Below, piece after piece: positions 36,557 through 46,381 of a stretch of 64,000 bases of DNA. Origin of the DNA: an uncultured bacterium (GTDB taxonomy: Bacteria; Omnitrophota; Omnitrophia; Omnitrophales; Abzuiibacteriaceae); the NCBI GenBank assembly GCA_964387845.1, contig CAYLXA010000006.1:1-64000 (forward strand), read 5' to 3'. Position numbers and translations under genes: made by a program. Positions within the stretch are counted from its first letter, which is position 1. Every line of letters starts with the position of its first letter. Below the pieces are notes generated by a model. The model saw only the letters and a list, made by a program, of their open reading frames with translations, had not been told where the DNA came from and did not search any database.

Positions 36557-37592
36557 ATTTTTGATTACGATCAAAATTTATCAAAAAAATCTACCGGACA
36601 GCTGGGATCAATTGGTTGATGATTGCGCCGGCAGTTGGTATTTTAAATCGAGATGGAAGCGCGTCCTGGACGCTGTTTACAATCACCCAAGTTATTATTT
36701 AGCAGCGGAAGAAACCGGCAAGCTGGTCGGTATCTTGCCCTTGATGTTGGGCGGGAATCTTTTATTCGGGCGTTTTTTGGTTTCTCTTCCTTATTCCTGT
36801 TACGGCGATATTTGCACAAAAGATGCCAATGCGCGAAGTGCTCTTTTGCAAAAAGCGAAGGAAATCGCTCGGTCGCACGGTGTGGAATATTTACAAATTC
36901 GGTCTCAGCATCCGGTTGGCGACCGAGATTTCGTGACCATTTCTGATAAAGCTACTTTTCAATCCGCACTTAATTCCAGTCCTGATTTGTGGTGGGAACG
37001 CCTTTCTGATGATGCTAAACGAGATGTCCGGAAAGCTTTATCGGCCGGCTGTGAAGTCAGAATAGGCGGAAAAGAGTATCTCGATGATTTTTATCACGTT
37101 TTTTGCCGCAGAATGCAGGAATTGGGCTCGCCGGTATATGGGAAAAATCTTTTTCATAAAGTAATCGATATTTTTCAGGATGATGCCAAGATTGTTTTGG
37201 TTTCAAAAGGGGAAAAACCTATTGGCGCCGGTTTTTTGATGATTGATCGGCAAAATATAGAAATACCTTGGTCTGCGTCTTTGGCTTCGGAATTTAAACA
37301 TAAGCCAAACCATTTGATATATTGGAAAGCGGTTCAGTATGGCTTTGAGCGCCGTTGCCGCATGATTGACTTCGGAACTTCTAATCAGGATTCGCCAAAT
37401 GCCGCATTCAAATTGCAGTGGTGCGCACAAAAAATCCCATTGGCATGGTCTTATTACCCTGTCAGGCAGAAAAGGCTTAGTCTCTTAAGTCCCAAAAATC
37501 CTAAATTCAAACTTGCGATTGAGCTTTGGAAAAAACTACCTCCGCCGGTTGCTGATTTCATAGGGCCAAAACTAATTCGCGGCATTCCATAA
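36525..37592 (+). CDS. FemAB-family (GNAT-fold) protein of the type associated with PEP-CTERM EPS loci
   Basis: ~350 aa; FemAB/acetyltransf_6-like pattern. Overlaps the upstream ORF, so the true start may be downstream. Confidence 0.5.
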   Translation: MESIKTYTGFKFLITIKIYQKNLPDSWDQLVDDCAGSWYFKSRWKRVLDAVYNHPSYYLAAEETGKLVGILPLMLGGNLLFGRFLVSLPYSCYGDICTKDANARSALLQKAKEIARSHGVEYLQIRSQHPVGDRDFVTISDKATFQSALNSSPDLWWERLSDDAKRDVRKALSAGCEVRIGGKEYLDDFYHVFCRRMQELGSPVYGKNLFHKVIDIFQDDAKIVLVSKGEKPIGAGFLMIDRQNIEIPWSASLASEFKHKPNHLIYWKAVQYGFERRCRMIDFGTSNQDSPNAAFKLQWCAQKIPLAWSYYPVRQKRLSLLSPKNPKFKLAIELWKKLPPPVADFIGPKLIRGIP

Positions 37593-38851
37593 TGATATCC
37601 AAATGCTGGACTAGTTTGTTAGTGTTCCTGTTTATTCTTGTGTTGTGGGTTATTTACCACATCTGGGGAACGGCCATTTTTCTGCATGCTTGTGAAGGGC
37701 AGTTTGGGTCTTTTTTGAATCAACTATTCTCAGCGCGAATCTCTGAGGTGACGCCTGAATACTGTTCGGATCGAGCCGGCCAATTTGTGTCGTACTTCTT
37801 AACAGCTATTTTATTTACTTCGGGCTTTATCGCTGTTTATATCCATGTCATTGAATATTTAAATTCTGTCAAACGGTCATGGTTTGGAAATTGCGTGATA
37901 ATTTTATTGACGATTTTTTTAATTTTCTCGGGAAGTGAGTTGGGTGTACGTTTGTATCAACTTCTCAAAGACGAGGTGCCTTTTTCAAAAAATTTGAATG
38001 ATTTTTACGACCCCATATTGGGATGGAGGGGAGAGGGGCGATTTGGTAATTTGCGCACCGATCGTCCGAAAGTGTTTTTTATAGGTGATTCGTTCACAGA
38101 AGCCAAGAAGGTTTCTGAAAGTGCAAAGTTCTTTAATGTAATCCGCGATGAATTAAAAATCGAACCCTTTGTTTACGGTAGAACCAGTTACGGCACTTTG
38201 CAGGAATATCTGATTTTAGATCGCTACATGGATTTAATTGAGCCGGATTTAATTGTTTTGCAGATATGCTCAAACGATTTTATTAATAATTCATACGAGC
38301 TTGAAAAGCTGAGTTTTTTTAACAACAAAAGAATTCAAAGGCCTTATTGGATTAACGGACAAATCGAACTCCGTTTTCCGAGAGATCATGAATGGCTGCA
38401 TGCAGTTAAGTTTAAATTGTCCAGCTACTCGCGCCTATTCCACTTTATTTTAATCGGCTTTGATTATCTTTCAATCCGCCTCTGGCAGTTGAGTGGTGCT
38501 GAGAGCGTAGAGATGCGTATTAAGCGCGAAGGTGTTCATTTTGACTTATTTCGCGAATCGGTCGAAATAACGGATCATATCGTGGGGCTCATGCAGGAAC
38601 GGGTATCCGGCGTACCCATAGTCGTAATTCCAACCGACCGCAGCGAGCCATATTTGGGAGAGTTCCGGAAAATCTTTCAGAAATACAAAATTCGATTTCT
38701 TGAAGAAGCTTCGATTGAACTAGAGCATAAAAAAGCGAGCGGGGTTTTGGTTACGTTTAAAGACGGCGTGCATTGGAATGATCAAGGGCATCGCATTGCC
38801 GGACAAGTTATCTCGGCAGCGTTGCAGAATATTGTTCGGCGCAGGAGTTAG
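37592..38851 (+). CDS. membrane-anchored SGNH/GDSL-family hydrolase/acyltransferase
   Basis: N-terminal TMs; 'FFIGDSFTEA' (block I GDS), 'DGVHWNDQGH' (block V DxxH). Confidence 0.55.
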   Translation: MISKCWTSLLVFLFILVLWVIYHIWGTAIFLHACEGQFGSFLNQLFSARISEVTPEYCSDRAGQFVSYFLTAILFTSGFIAVYIHVIEYLNSVKRSWFGNCVIILLTIFLIFSGSELGVRLYQLLKDEVPFSKNLNDFYDPILGWRGEGRFGNLRTDRPKVFFIGDSFTEAKKVSESAKFFNVIRDELKIEPFVYGRTSYGTLQEYLILDRYMDLIEPDLIVLQICSNDFINNSYELEKLSFFNNKRIQRPYWINGQIELRFPRDHEWLHAVKFKLSSYSRLFHFILIGFDYLSIRLWQLSGAESVEMRIKREGVHFDLFRESVEITDHIVGLMQERVSGVPIVVIPTDRSEPYLGEFRKIFQKYKIRFLEEASIELEHKKASGVLVTFKDGVHWNDQGHRIAGQVISAALQNIVRRRS

Positions 38852-39159
38852 TTTCCACGAAATGCGCGTTGAAACCATTTATTGAGTTTTCTCTCGATGG
38901 CGGGAATTTTGGGATCCCAAAAATGTTTTACGTTATCGGATCGATATACTTGGTAGAAATCAAGCAAGCGGATTAGTTCCAATAATTCCTCTTTTGATAC
39001 CTCATCAAATACGACCGGCTGGCTCTGAGATGTGCGCTGCAGCAAGGCACTAGCTTTCTTGGCCTCAATATTGATTTTAGATTGAGCCAACTCTCCGATC
39101 GCTTTGAGGATTAACTGCCACTCATCTTGATTGATATCAGCCAGTGTGATTCTAGGCAT
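38848..39159 (-). CDS. small hypothetical protein (103 aa)
   Basis: Intact ORF overlapping the neighbouring genes' ends by 4–8 nt; no recognisable motifs. Confidence 0.3.
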   Translation of the reverse strand: MPRITLADINQDEWQLILKAIGELAQSKINIEAKKASALLQRTSQSQPVVFDEVSKEELLELIRLLDFYQVYRSDNVKHFWDPKIPAIERKLNKWFQRAFRGN

Positions 39160-40477
39160 CGTTTTTTACCAGTAAATTAAATTGATCGGCCAAGCAACCG
39201 GCCAACCGATATGCATTGAACCGGTCAATATAATCAGCGGGATTATGCACTTTTACTTTATTTTGCTTCCAATCGTCATAAAGTTTGATAATCGATTGTT
39301 TGATTTCGGGCAATGATGAAGGCGAAGCAATGTAAACAGAGGGGAGAGGGCGTAAATATTCTGAACAAACACCGGTTTTTGGGATAATGGCAAGAATCGG
39401 TTTTTGAAGGGCCATATAATCAAATATTTTTGCATTAACGATGTGATCCTTCATTTCTTCTTCAACCATAACCAGCAAAGTGCTTGCATCTGAAATAATT
39501 TTAAGCGCCTCCTTTTGCGAACAAAGAGGCTTTAGATCGGTTATTGCCCGAATGTGGCGAAATTTGTCTGGCAGTAATTTTAGGTTACTGACAAACTTAA
39601 TACGTATTTGCGTGGCCTCTATTCTTCTTTCATCAATTAGTTGTTCAATGCTTGTAAAAAAAGCATCAGGGCAGCGGTCTCCATAAAAAGCACCCATATA
39701 ACCAATGGTAAAGGTTTGGTTACTGCTCTGACCGGATTCTTTCCGAACTTCATCAATCATCTCTGGATCGAAGCCATTTGTTACGGTTACAAATTTATCG
39801 GAATTGGGCGCGTGGTGCCTTAAATCTTGGTTGATGTGTTCGCCGACGCTGGTAATGAGATCTGCAGACCGGATCATTTGCTTTTCTAAGTACTGTTGAA
39901 GCTTTCGATGAAGAGGAGTGGGAAAGAACATATTTTTATTGGTTGTCCAAACATCGCGGAAATCGGCAATCCATGGCTTTTTGCATATTTTTTTTAGAGT
40001 CCAAGCAACCAGATGATTAGAAGCCGGTCCGAATGTCGAAAAAATGAGGTCGCATTGATGTTGTTTCATTATTCTCAAGCCTCCCATTACGGCAAAAGGA
40101 AACCAAAGTATTTGGCGGTCCGGGACTAGAAAGAAAGCGGTAATCCATCGTATGAATTTGCCGCCTATTGAACTTTTTATTTGAGAAAAGGAGCCTCGAA
40201 CAGACGAAAACGGGTCTAGGCTAAAGGTTCTATTGATGGTAACTTGAGAGGGGATTCCGTTTATCTGCCGAATATCCCCATCGGACTCTCGACTTGAATT
40301 GTGCAATGTTAAAACGTGGACATTCCACCCATGCTGGGTTAAATATTTGGAAAAATTCTTGCTTCGGATGCTGCCGCCTGCCGGAAGTGGGGGGTATGCG
40401 TAGCTGATAAAACACACACTCTTGGGATTAGATAAAGACATGGCTAAAATCATATCAAAGAAAACTGGTTTATGCAT
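39152..40477 (-). CDS. GT-B fold glycosyltransferase (GT4-like)
   Basis: N-terminal 'VCFISYAYPPLPAGGSIRSKNFSKYLTQHGWNVHVLT' is a typical GT4 N-terminal domain; size fits. Confidence 0.5.
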   Translation of the reverse strand: MHKPVFFDMILAMSLSNPKSVCFISYAYPPLPAGGSIRSKNFSKYLTQHGWNVHVLTLHNSSRESDGDIRQINGIPSQVTINRTFSLDPFSSVRGSFSQIKSSIGGKFIRWITAFFLVPDRQILWFPFAVMGGLRIMKQHQCDLIFSTFGPASNHLVAWTLKKICKKPWIADFRDVWTTNKNMFFPTPLHRKLQQYLEKQMIRSADLITSVGEHINQDLRHHAPNSDKFVTVTNGFDPEMIDEVRKESGQSSNQTFTIGYMGAFYGDRCPDAFFTSIEQLIDERRIEATQIRIKFVSNLKLLPDKFRHIRAITDLKPLCSQKEALKIISDASTLLVMVEEEMKDHIVNAKIFDYMALQKPILAIIPKTGVCSEYLRPLPSVYIASPSSLPEIKQSIIKLYDDWKQNKVKVHNPADYIDRFNAYRLAGCLADQFNLLVKNDA

Positions 40478-40560
40478 CCCTGGTTTTTTGTTAAAATACG
40501 CTTCTTCGGGAGTTTAAATCAATGACCATAAAAGGTCTGTTTGAAGTTTAAAGGGAGCGT

Positions 40561-41367
40561 ATGAACAGAGGATATGATCGGCAAATTGAAGAGCATTATA
40601 AGGGCGTCGCAAAAGAACAGGGTCTTTTGTCGACGAGCACCATGGCGGATGAAATTATCCGGAATTTGGAAACAGATGCGATTGTTCAATTTTTGAGAGC
40701 AGCCCTCAAAGACTGTCCGACTCAGGCAATCGTGATGGATGTTGGGTGCGGCAATGGGTATACCTTAGAAAAATTGTCGAAACAATTTCCCAACTGTCAG
40801 TTTATCGGCGTTGAAAAATCAAACGATCTTAGAGCGCTGGCATCATCAAGATTCTCAAAGAGTGAACGCGTCAAGATTGTAGAGGGCGACATACGACAAG
40901 AAAATTTCTCGAAGGGCATTCAGGCGGATGTCCTGATTTGCCAGAGAGTGATCATTAATATTTTGAGCTTGGAAGATCAGAAGCAGGCGCTTCAGAATAT
41001 TTTAAATGTGTTAAAGCCCAAAGCTCATTTGATATTTATAGAATGTTTTGAAGAGGCTCTCGAAAAACTGAATGTTGCCAGGAGTGAATTTGGTTTAGAG
41101 CCTTTGCCTCCGGCTCATCACAACATGTACTTGCCTTCGGATTTTTTCAGTGTGGCCGGATTGAGAGCTCTCGATTCGCATCATGAGCTGCCCCCCGCAA
41201 ATTTTCTATCTACTCACTATTACATCACGCGCGTTCTTCATCCCTATTTCAACCAGGGGAAACCGTTTAAGCATAATTCCGAATTCGTTAAGTTTCTTTC
41301 CGGCGCGTTGAAGCCCGGTGTCGGTGATTATGCTCCGCTCAAGGCATGCATATTTAGAAAAGGTTGA
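40561..41367 (+). CDS. class I SAM-dependent methyltransferase
   Basis: Motif I 'VMDVGCGNGYTLEKL' and post-I acidic 'IGVEKS'. Confidence 0.65.
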   Translation: MNRGYDRQIEEHYKGVAKEQGLLSTSTMADEIIRNLETDAIVQFLRAALKDCPTQAIVMDVGCGNGYTLEKLSKQFPNCQFIGVEKSNDLRALASSRFSKSERVKIVEGDIRQENFSKGIQADVLICQRVIINILSLEDQKQALQNILNVLKPKAHLIFIECFEEALEKLNVARSEFGLEPLPPAHHNMYLPSDFFSVAGLRALDSHHELPPANFLSTHYYITRVLHPYFNQGKPFKHNSEFVKFLSGALKPGVGDYAPLKACIFRKG

Positions 41368-41392
41368 CACGATTAAGTCAATTGGCCGCTTT

Positions 41393-42718
41393 TTACGACC
41401 TTTTGATCGGCCATTTTTTCTTCCAGTAAGCCAAGACCTCTTTCTCCATAGACAGGGAAAATAGATATGGCCACTCAATATATTCCTTGGAATTAATAAA
41501 ATAGAGTTGAAAGGTCGTGATTACCATTGTGCTGAGAATGTTTGCGCAAGCAGCGCCGTGGGCTTGAAATTTCGGAATGAGAAATAAATTCAGAACAAGT
41601 GATACAGCGAGTCCTAAAAAATTTGAGATAGCCATTAGCCCGCTTTTCTTTTCCAGCAAAAGGATGATGTTGCAGGTTTGGCTCGGAATGCCGACCAATG
41701 AAGAAATTCCCACAAGAGCGAATAAACCCACTTGGGAACTATAGTCCTTTGGCACTAACTGCGGAATGAGCTGGATTGCCCCCACAATACCCATAATCAC
41801 AATTGCTTGAAAAATAATGCGTGTTTTAACAATAGACATCAGTAATCGATTGCGCTTCTTGATTGCTTGTTGGTCGTGGGCTTCAAAGATATATGGAACA
41901 ATCGTAATTTGATTAAATCTTTCGGAAGCATCAAAGAGCGTGCTAAAAAAATGGTAAGGTGCTAATACGCTTAATGAGGTAATGGCCCCCAGAAGGTATC
42001 GATCGTAGTATTGCCACACCTTTTTTCCCACATCTCCAAAACAAATCGGAAATCCATAGCGGAGACCGCTTTTTATGAATTGTAAATTGGGAACGGAGAA
42101 GGGTTGGATTTTGTACTTACTTAAAAACCAGATAAAAATTGCTAGAAAACTAAAACTCCAGGTCCAGGTAACCGTGTAAATAGTAACCGGCCCAATCAAA
42201 AGAGCTGCGATCATAAAAACCAACCAGAACGCGACTTGCAATATAGTGATATTGTTAAATTCCTTTATCTGTTTTGAATAATTGAAGTAAATCTGGAGCA
42301 GAGGAAAAAGACCGGATAAAAATAGAAGAAAAGACAAATTAAAAAAGAGCTGACCGGACAAGTTGAAATCAATCATGGCGGATATTGTGTCAATTGGTAT
42401 GAAAATCAAGATGAGTACCAGGAGGCAAAGCATTGAAGCTAATTGAAGAAAATTTGAGTATTGAAAATACAGGACCCGGCTTTCCTGGTTCAAAGCCGGA
42501 ATTTCTCTGCGTAAATAATCGCCCCATCCCAAATCCGAAACCGCCATCCACATTCCCATAGTAGCAACAAAAAGGCTGTAGAAGCCGTATTCAGTACTTG
42601 TCAGCTGCCGGACAAGAAAAATGGCCAAGCAGCCTTTTAAGCCGATTGTAATTACTCGAGACACGGTCGAGTGGATGTACTGGCCGATAATGGTGGTTTT
42701 AATTGAGCTCATGAGCAA
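41393..42718 (-). CDS. Wzx-like polysaccharide flippase (MOP/MATE superfamily)
   Basis: ~12 TM helices, 441 aa, N-terminal pattern typical of PST-family flippases. Confidence 0.5.
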   Translation of the reverse strand: MLMSSIKTTIIGQYIHSTVSRVITIGLKGCLAIFLVRQLTSTEYGFYSLFVATMGMWMAVSDLGWGDYLRREIPALNQESRVLYFQYSNFLQLASMLCLLVLILIFIPIDTISAMIDFNLSGQLFFNLSFLLFLSGLFPLLQIYFNYSKQIKEFNNITILQVAFWLVFMIAALLIGPVTIYTVTWTWSFSFLAIFIWFLSKYKIQPFSVPNLQFIKSGLRYGFPICFGDVGKKVWQYYDRYLLGAITSLSVLAPYHFFSTLFDASERFNQITIVPYIFEAHDQQAIKKRNRLLMSIVKTRIIFQAIVIMGIVGAIQLIPQLVPKDYSSQVGLFALVGISSLVGIPSQTCNIILLLEKKSGLMAISNFLGLAVSLVLNLFLIPKFQAHGAACANILSTMVITTFQLYFINSKEYIEWPYLFSLSMEKEVLAYWKKKWPIKRS

Positions 42719-42747
42719 GCACGCTTGATTGATGGTGTTGTGTGATG

Positions 42748-44124
42748 TTAGGAAGAAATCTGGCGCTCTCTATTAAATGTCTTCAGGCGGGAAGCCAAAT
42801 AAATAACTGCGATGAACAGCCAAAAAGTCCGTTCCCTTAAATGACGATTGTACAGATAGCTGGGAATTAGGCAGATGAATCCAAACAAAATAACGGCGTG
42901 AAATTCTTCCCATGCTGTTCGACGCGAGAACCAGAAATTCTGGAATGCCAGGAATAGAAAATATCCCATGAATATCAAATAGGCCAATGTCCCGACGATT
43001 CCGGTTTCGGCAAGAAATTGCAAGAGAGTACTGTGCATTTCATATCCACGAATGGATACTTGATAATCGGATTGGATAAAGCGGCCGTACCCAATTCCAA
43101 GAGTTGGATGATTTTCAAAGCTGTGTTTGGCGGCATCGATTTGGTTTCCTATAAAACCCTTTCCGGAGGCGAGGGATGACATTTTCTTGACGTTGCGCAA
43201 AATCGAGTTTTGAAAAATCTGAGGATTTAAATAGCTCATGAGTGAAAAAACAAGAGCGCACACAATTGCAATGGAAGCAAAAAGCGCAGACGCTTTCGGA
43301 GATTTCTTGCACAGATACACGGTAATAACGAGAATCCCGGTCGCCAGACTGGGGAAAACGCTGAAGCGTGCGGTAAAAAATGCGCAGAGTATCAGCAGCG
43401 GGGCAATGATCCAGATTCTTAGGCGACTCTTAATGCTTTGACCGGGCGCGAAAGAGAAGGCAAATAGCGCGAAGAAAGTGGTGGTAGCAAATGCGGAAAG
43501 CTGGCCGGGGGTTCGGAATGGCCCCTGGATACGAAAACTGTGCGGAGACAAAAAGGAATTTGCAAATACGCCCGGATGAATGATGTCACCGATAGAGAAA
43601 AAGCCGGTTCCTTTTCCGATTTTCGGTGCTTGGTTAGATAAGTCACTCATATCGATCAAAGAAACCGTGATTGCAATGATGGCGGCAACAGTCCAAGCGC
43701 GCATGATCTTGAAAAAATCATCCTCTGACTGTGTGTGTTCGGCGATTAACAGGAAAAATAACATGCCGACTACAATGGCAAATGGTTGGCCTTCGCCATA
43801 GATCACTGCTTTAATGGTTGATTCGCTCAGAAGAGATAAAGAGATGGCTGATAGAAGGATCAGAAAAATCAATGACGGATAAAGCGGAAAAGAAAATGAA
43901 TCACGCAAAATGACTTTTCGAATTACAAAAACCAATAATAAGGTAAAGAGCAGAATATCGGGCAGGGCAATGCGGCCTAGAATTTCCCCTTTAAAAAAAG
44001 AAAGATTGATTAGGCAGATGGTTGAAATCCATAGATAAAGCAGCCAATTTGGATTTGAAATGCCTTTTGCGAAAACCCAAAGCCATGCCGCGCAGAGTAT
44101 CGCCAGGATAGCAAGGGTTAGCAT
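42748..44124 (-). CDS. Wzy_C/O-antigen-ligase-family polytopic membrane protein, paralogue of the 28014..29429 CDS
   Basis: 'EMHSTLLQFLAETGIVGTLAY' and the C-terminal 'YLYNRHLRERTFW' block shared with the other copy. Confidence 0.5.
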   Translation of the reverse strand: MLTLAILAILCAAWLWVFAKGISNPNWLLYLWISTICLINLSFFKGEILGRIALPDILLFTLLLVFVIRKVILRDSFSFPLYPSLIFLILLSAISLSLLSESTIKAVIYGEGQPFAIVVGMLFFLLIAEHTQSEDDFFKIMRAWTVAAIIAITVSLIDMSDLSNQAPKIGKGTGFFSIGDIIHPGVFANSFLSPHSFRIQGPFRTPGQLSAFATTTFFALFAFSFAPGQSIKSRLRIWIIAPLLILCAFFTARFSVFPSLATGILVITVYLCKKSPKASALFASIAIVCALVFSLMSYLNPQIFQNSILRNVKKMSSLASGKGFIGNQIDAAKHSFENHPTLGIGYGRFIQSDYQVSIRGYEMHSTLLQFLAETGIVGTLAYLIFMGYFLFLAFQNFWFSRRTAWEEFHAVILFGFICLIPSYLYNRHLRERTFWLFIAVIYLASRLKTFNRERQISS

Positions 44125-44127
44125 AAA

Positions 44128-45357
44128 TTAATGGCGTCTGTTTTGTTGAGTGATGATAGAAATCAATAGAACGCTCAGGCAAGACAGTAAAAAAGAGTTC
44201 GACAGTGATAATGCAATCGAAGAAATTAAAAAATCCCTTCGTGAGAAAACCACTTTTGGCTCGTCCATATTTTCAAATCTAAAAATTTTTGGCTTGGTAG
44301 ATTCGATTTCTTTGAAGAGAGAGTTTTGGCTTTCGGTGACGGCATTTTTATCCGCTTGAAGCGTGTCAAGCCGTGCTATCGTATTTTGCAACTCTGCTTT
44401 GGTATGCTGCAAAAACGATTTAAAAGACGAAGTGTGTGTGGCGAAGTTTATAGAAAGAGCCTCCGATATACTGATAAGCCCCTGGACCACAAGATTTAAA
44501 TTTGATTCCAAATCGTTAAGTTCTCGCCCTATCTTGGTTTTTGTAGCCTGTTCAAAATTTCGAAGCAATGTGCTTTCGGACTGATGATTTAACAAATGGC
44601 GGGACAATTGAATAGCGTTTTGAGCACTTTCCAAAACCTGCTTGGGATAATCGGTGCTCAAAGCTTTTAACTGAAGTTCAGCTTTAAGCAATTGATTGAT
44701 CAGTTTGTCGCTTTGTTCGGTCGTGACGAGCGAACGTTCTTTGAGATTGGCTAAAGTAGGTGCATTGAAACGGTTGAGAATTTCATTCATTTGCGCATCG
44801 ATTTCTTTCTCTTTTTGAAAAAATCTGGACTGTTCTGCCTTCAGTTCTTCAACGTAAAGTTTAAGATTTTCCAGCTCTTCCTCATGCTCCTGATAACAAA
44901 CCTCAGTCCACGCCTGTAAAACTTTTGACGCTATTTCTTGATTCGGATGCTGAACATAAAAGATGATCATATAAGCATTTACGTATTTGCCGTTTGAGGC
45001 CGGCATATTTCCAATGTCTTGGAGCTTAATCGAGATCGCATTGGATATTTGGCTGTTGCTGAGTTTGATATTTTGTTCTTCGAGTTTAAATCTTGTTTCC
45101 GTGATGATTTGGGGCTCGTGCAAGAAAAGGAGCCTGAGATTTAAAAGATGGGAGTAATTAATGTAAGCCATCTCGCTTTTTGCGAAATATTTTTTTTCTA
45201 ATTTCGGGCCTTTGAATTGATAAAACTGATACCCAAAAGAAAGAGCAAACGCGACGAAGGAGAGAGAAATGAAAAGGACTTTCTTTTGCCAAAAAAAAGC
45301 AATGAGTGTCCGTAAATCAATAGGATCTTGCAATTTCTTTGTCTCAAGTCTGTTCAT
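44128..45357 (-). CDS. Wzz/polysaccharide co-polymerase (chain-length determinant) family protein
   Basis: N-terminal 'IDLRTLIAFFWQKKVLFISL' + TM, a long heptad/coiled-coil periplasmic region, and a C-terminal TM. Confidence 0.5.
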   Translation of the reverse strand: MNRLETKKLQDPIDLRTLIAFFWQKKVLFISLSFVAFALSFGYQFYQFKGPKLEKKYFAKSEMAYINYSHLLNLRLLFLHEPQIITETRFKLEEQNIKLSNSQISNAISIKLQDIGNMPASNGKYVNAYMIIFYVQHPNQEIASKVLQAWTEVCYQEHEEELENLKLYVEELKAEQSRFFQKEKEIDAQMNEILNRFNAPTLANLKERSLVTTEQSDKLINQLLKAELQLKALSTDYPKQVLESAQNAIQLSRHLLNHQSESTLLRNFEQATKTKIGRELNDLESNLNLVVQGLISISEALSINFATHTSSFKSFLQHTKAELQNTIARLDTLQADKNAVTESQNSLFKEIESTKPKIFRFENMDEPKVVFSRRDFLISSIALSLSNSFLLSCLSVLLISIITQQNRRH

Positions 45358-45469
45358 GGATTAGATAAAAGTGGTGTGCTAATAGAGGAGTATGATAACA
45401 TATCATCTTTAAATAACAACAAATAACAACATGATTTATAGTCCAATTTGAACACTTTTTAAGAGAAAA

Positions 45470-46381
45470 ATGAGCCCTCATTCAACTGGTTTTAGAGATT
45501 GGTTGAGGATATTTTTGTCAACTTGCGCGGCTTCAATATTATTTTTTTTGCTGGGAAGCGAACTTTTAATACGGGCAAAAGTGGCTCCGCAGGATTTGTT
45601 CGAAAAGCACCGGCACTTATTTTTTAATTCGGACAAAACAAACGCGGTTTTTGGAGATTCGCACGGCGCTCAAGGCTTTACGGGAGAGCCTGATTTTGTG
45701 AATCTGTCGTTTCCTTCCGAGTCAATTGACATCATATACAAGAAAATAAAATTATATTTTAAAAGCCGAACGCCTCACAAAGTGGTTCTTCAAGCCGACC
45801 CTCATCTATTTTCTGATTACCGCATGAAGGAGCGCGCCGATGATTATGTTGAGCTTTTTAAGAACCCGAGACTGCCTTATTTTCAGATTTTGACGCCTCG
45901 GCATCAGAAGTTCCTGCTTTATTATTGGAAAAATTTTTTAGCTGGAAGCGATTTTAAAAATCATTTTCAAATGAACCCAGACGGTTCTCAAATGATGGAT
46001 AAAAAAGAGAAAAGATCCCACGTTTATGATCTTCAGGGCAGGATTTTCTTGCAGAGACCTCGGGGAGATTTTGAGAAATCTCACAGTATGAAAAAATATT
46101 TTGAAGTTTTAGATTATTTAAAAAGCCGGAACGCGGATGTTTGTCTCGTCACATTTCCGGTTTCTCCTGCCTATGTTGAAGCGGCTCGGAAATTTCCTGA
46201 ATTTGAAAAGGCTAGACAATTTCTGGAGAAAATTGCCGCGCAACACGGCTTCCGTTATGCCAGTTATTGGGATGCTTTTTCCGATGCGGGCATGTTTGTT
46301 AACGAAGATCATCTTGGCATCGAAGGCGCGCGACAGTTGACTGGCAAAATCATGACGGATTGTTTTCATGGAAAAAATTAA
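45470..46381 (+). CDS. membrane-anchored hypothetical protein (possible SGNH-like esterase)
   Basis: N-terminal TM; 'AVFGDSHGAQGF' resembles a GDS block. Otherwise unassigned. Confidence 0.3.
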   Translation: MSPHSTGFRDWLRIFLSTCAASILFFLLGSELLIRAKVAPQDLFEKHRHLFFNSDKTNAVFGDSHGAQGFTGEPDFVNLSFPSESIDIIYKKIKLYFKSRTPHKVVLQADPHLFSDYRMKERADDYVELFKNPRLPYFQILTPRHQKFLLYYWKNFLAGSDFKNHFQMNPDGSQMMDKKEKRSHVYDLQGRIFLQRPRGDFEKSHSMKKYFEVLDYLKSRNADVCLVTFPVSPAYVEAARKFPEFEKARQFLEKIAAQHGFRYASYWDAFSDAGMFVNEDHLGIEGARQLTGKIMTDCFHGKN

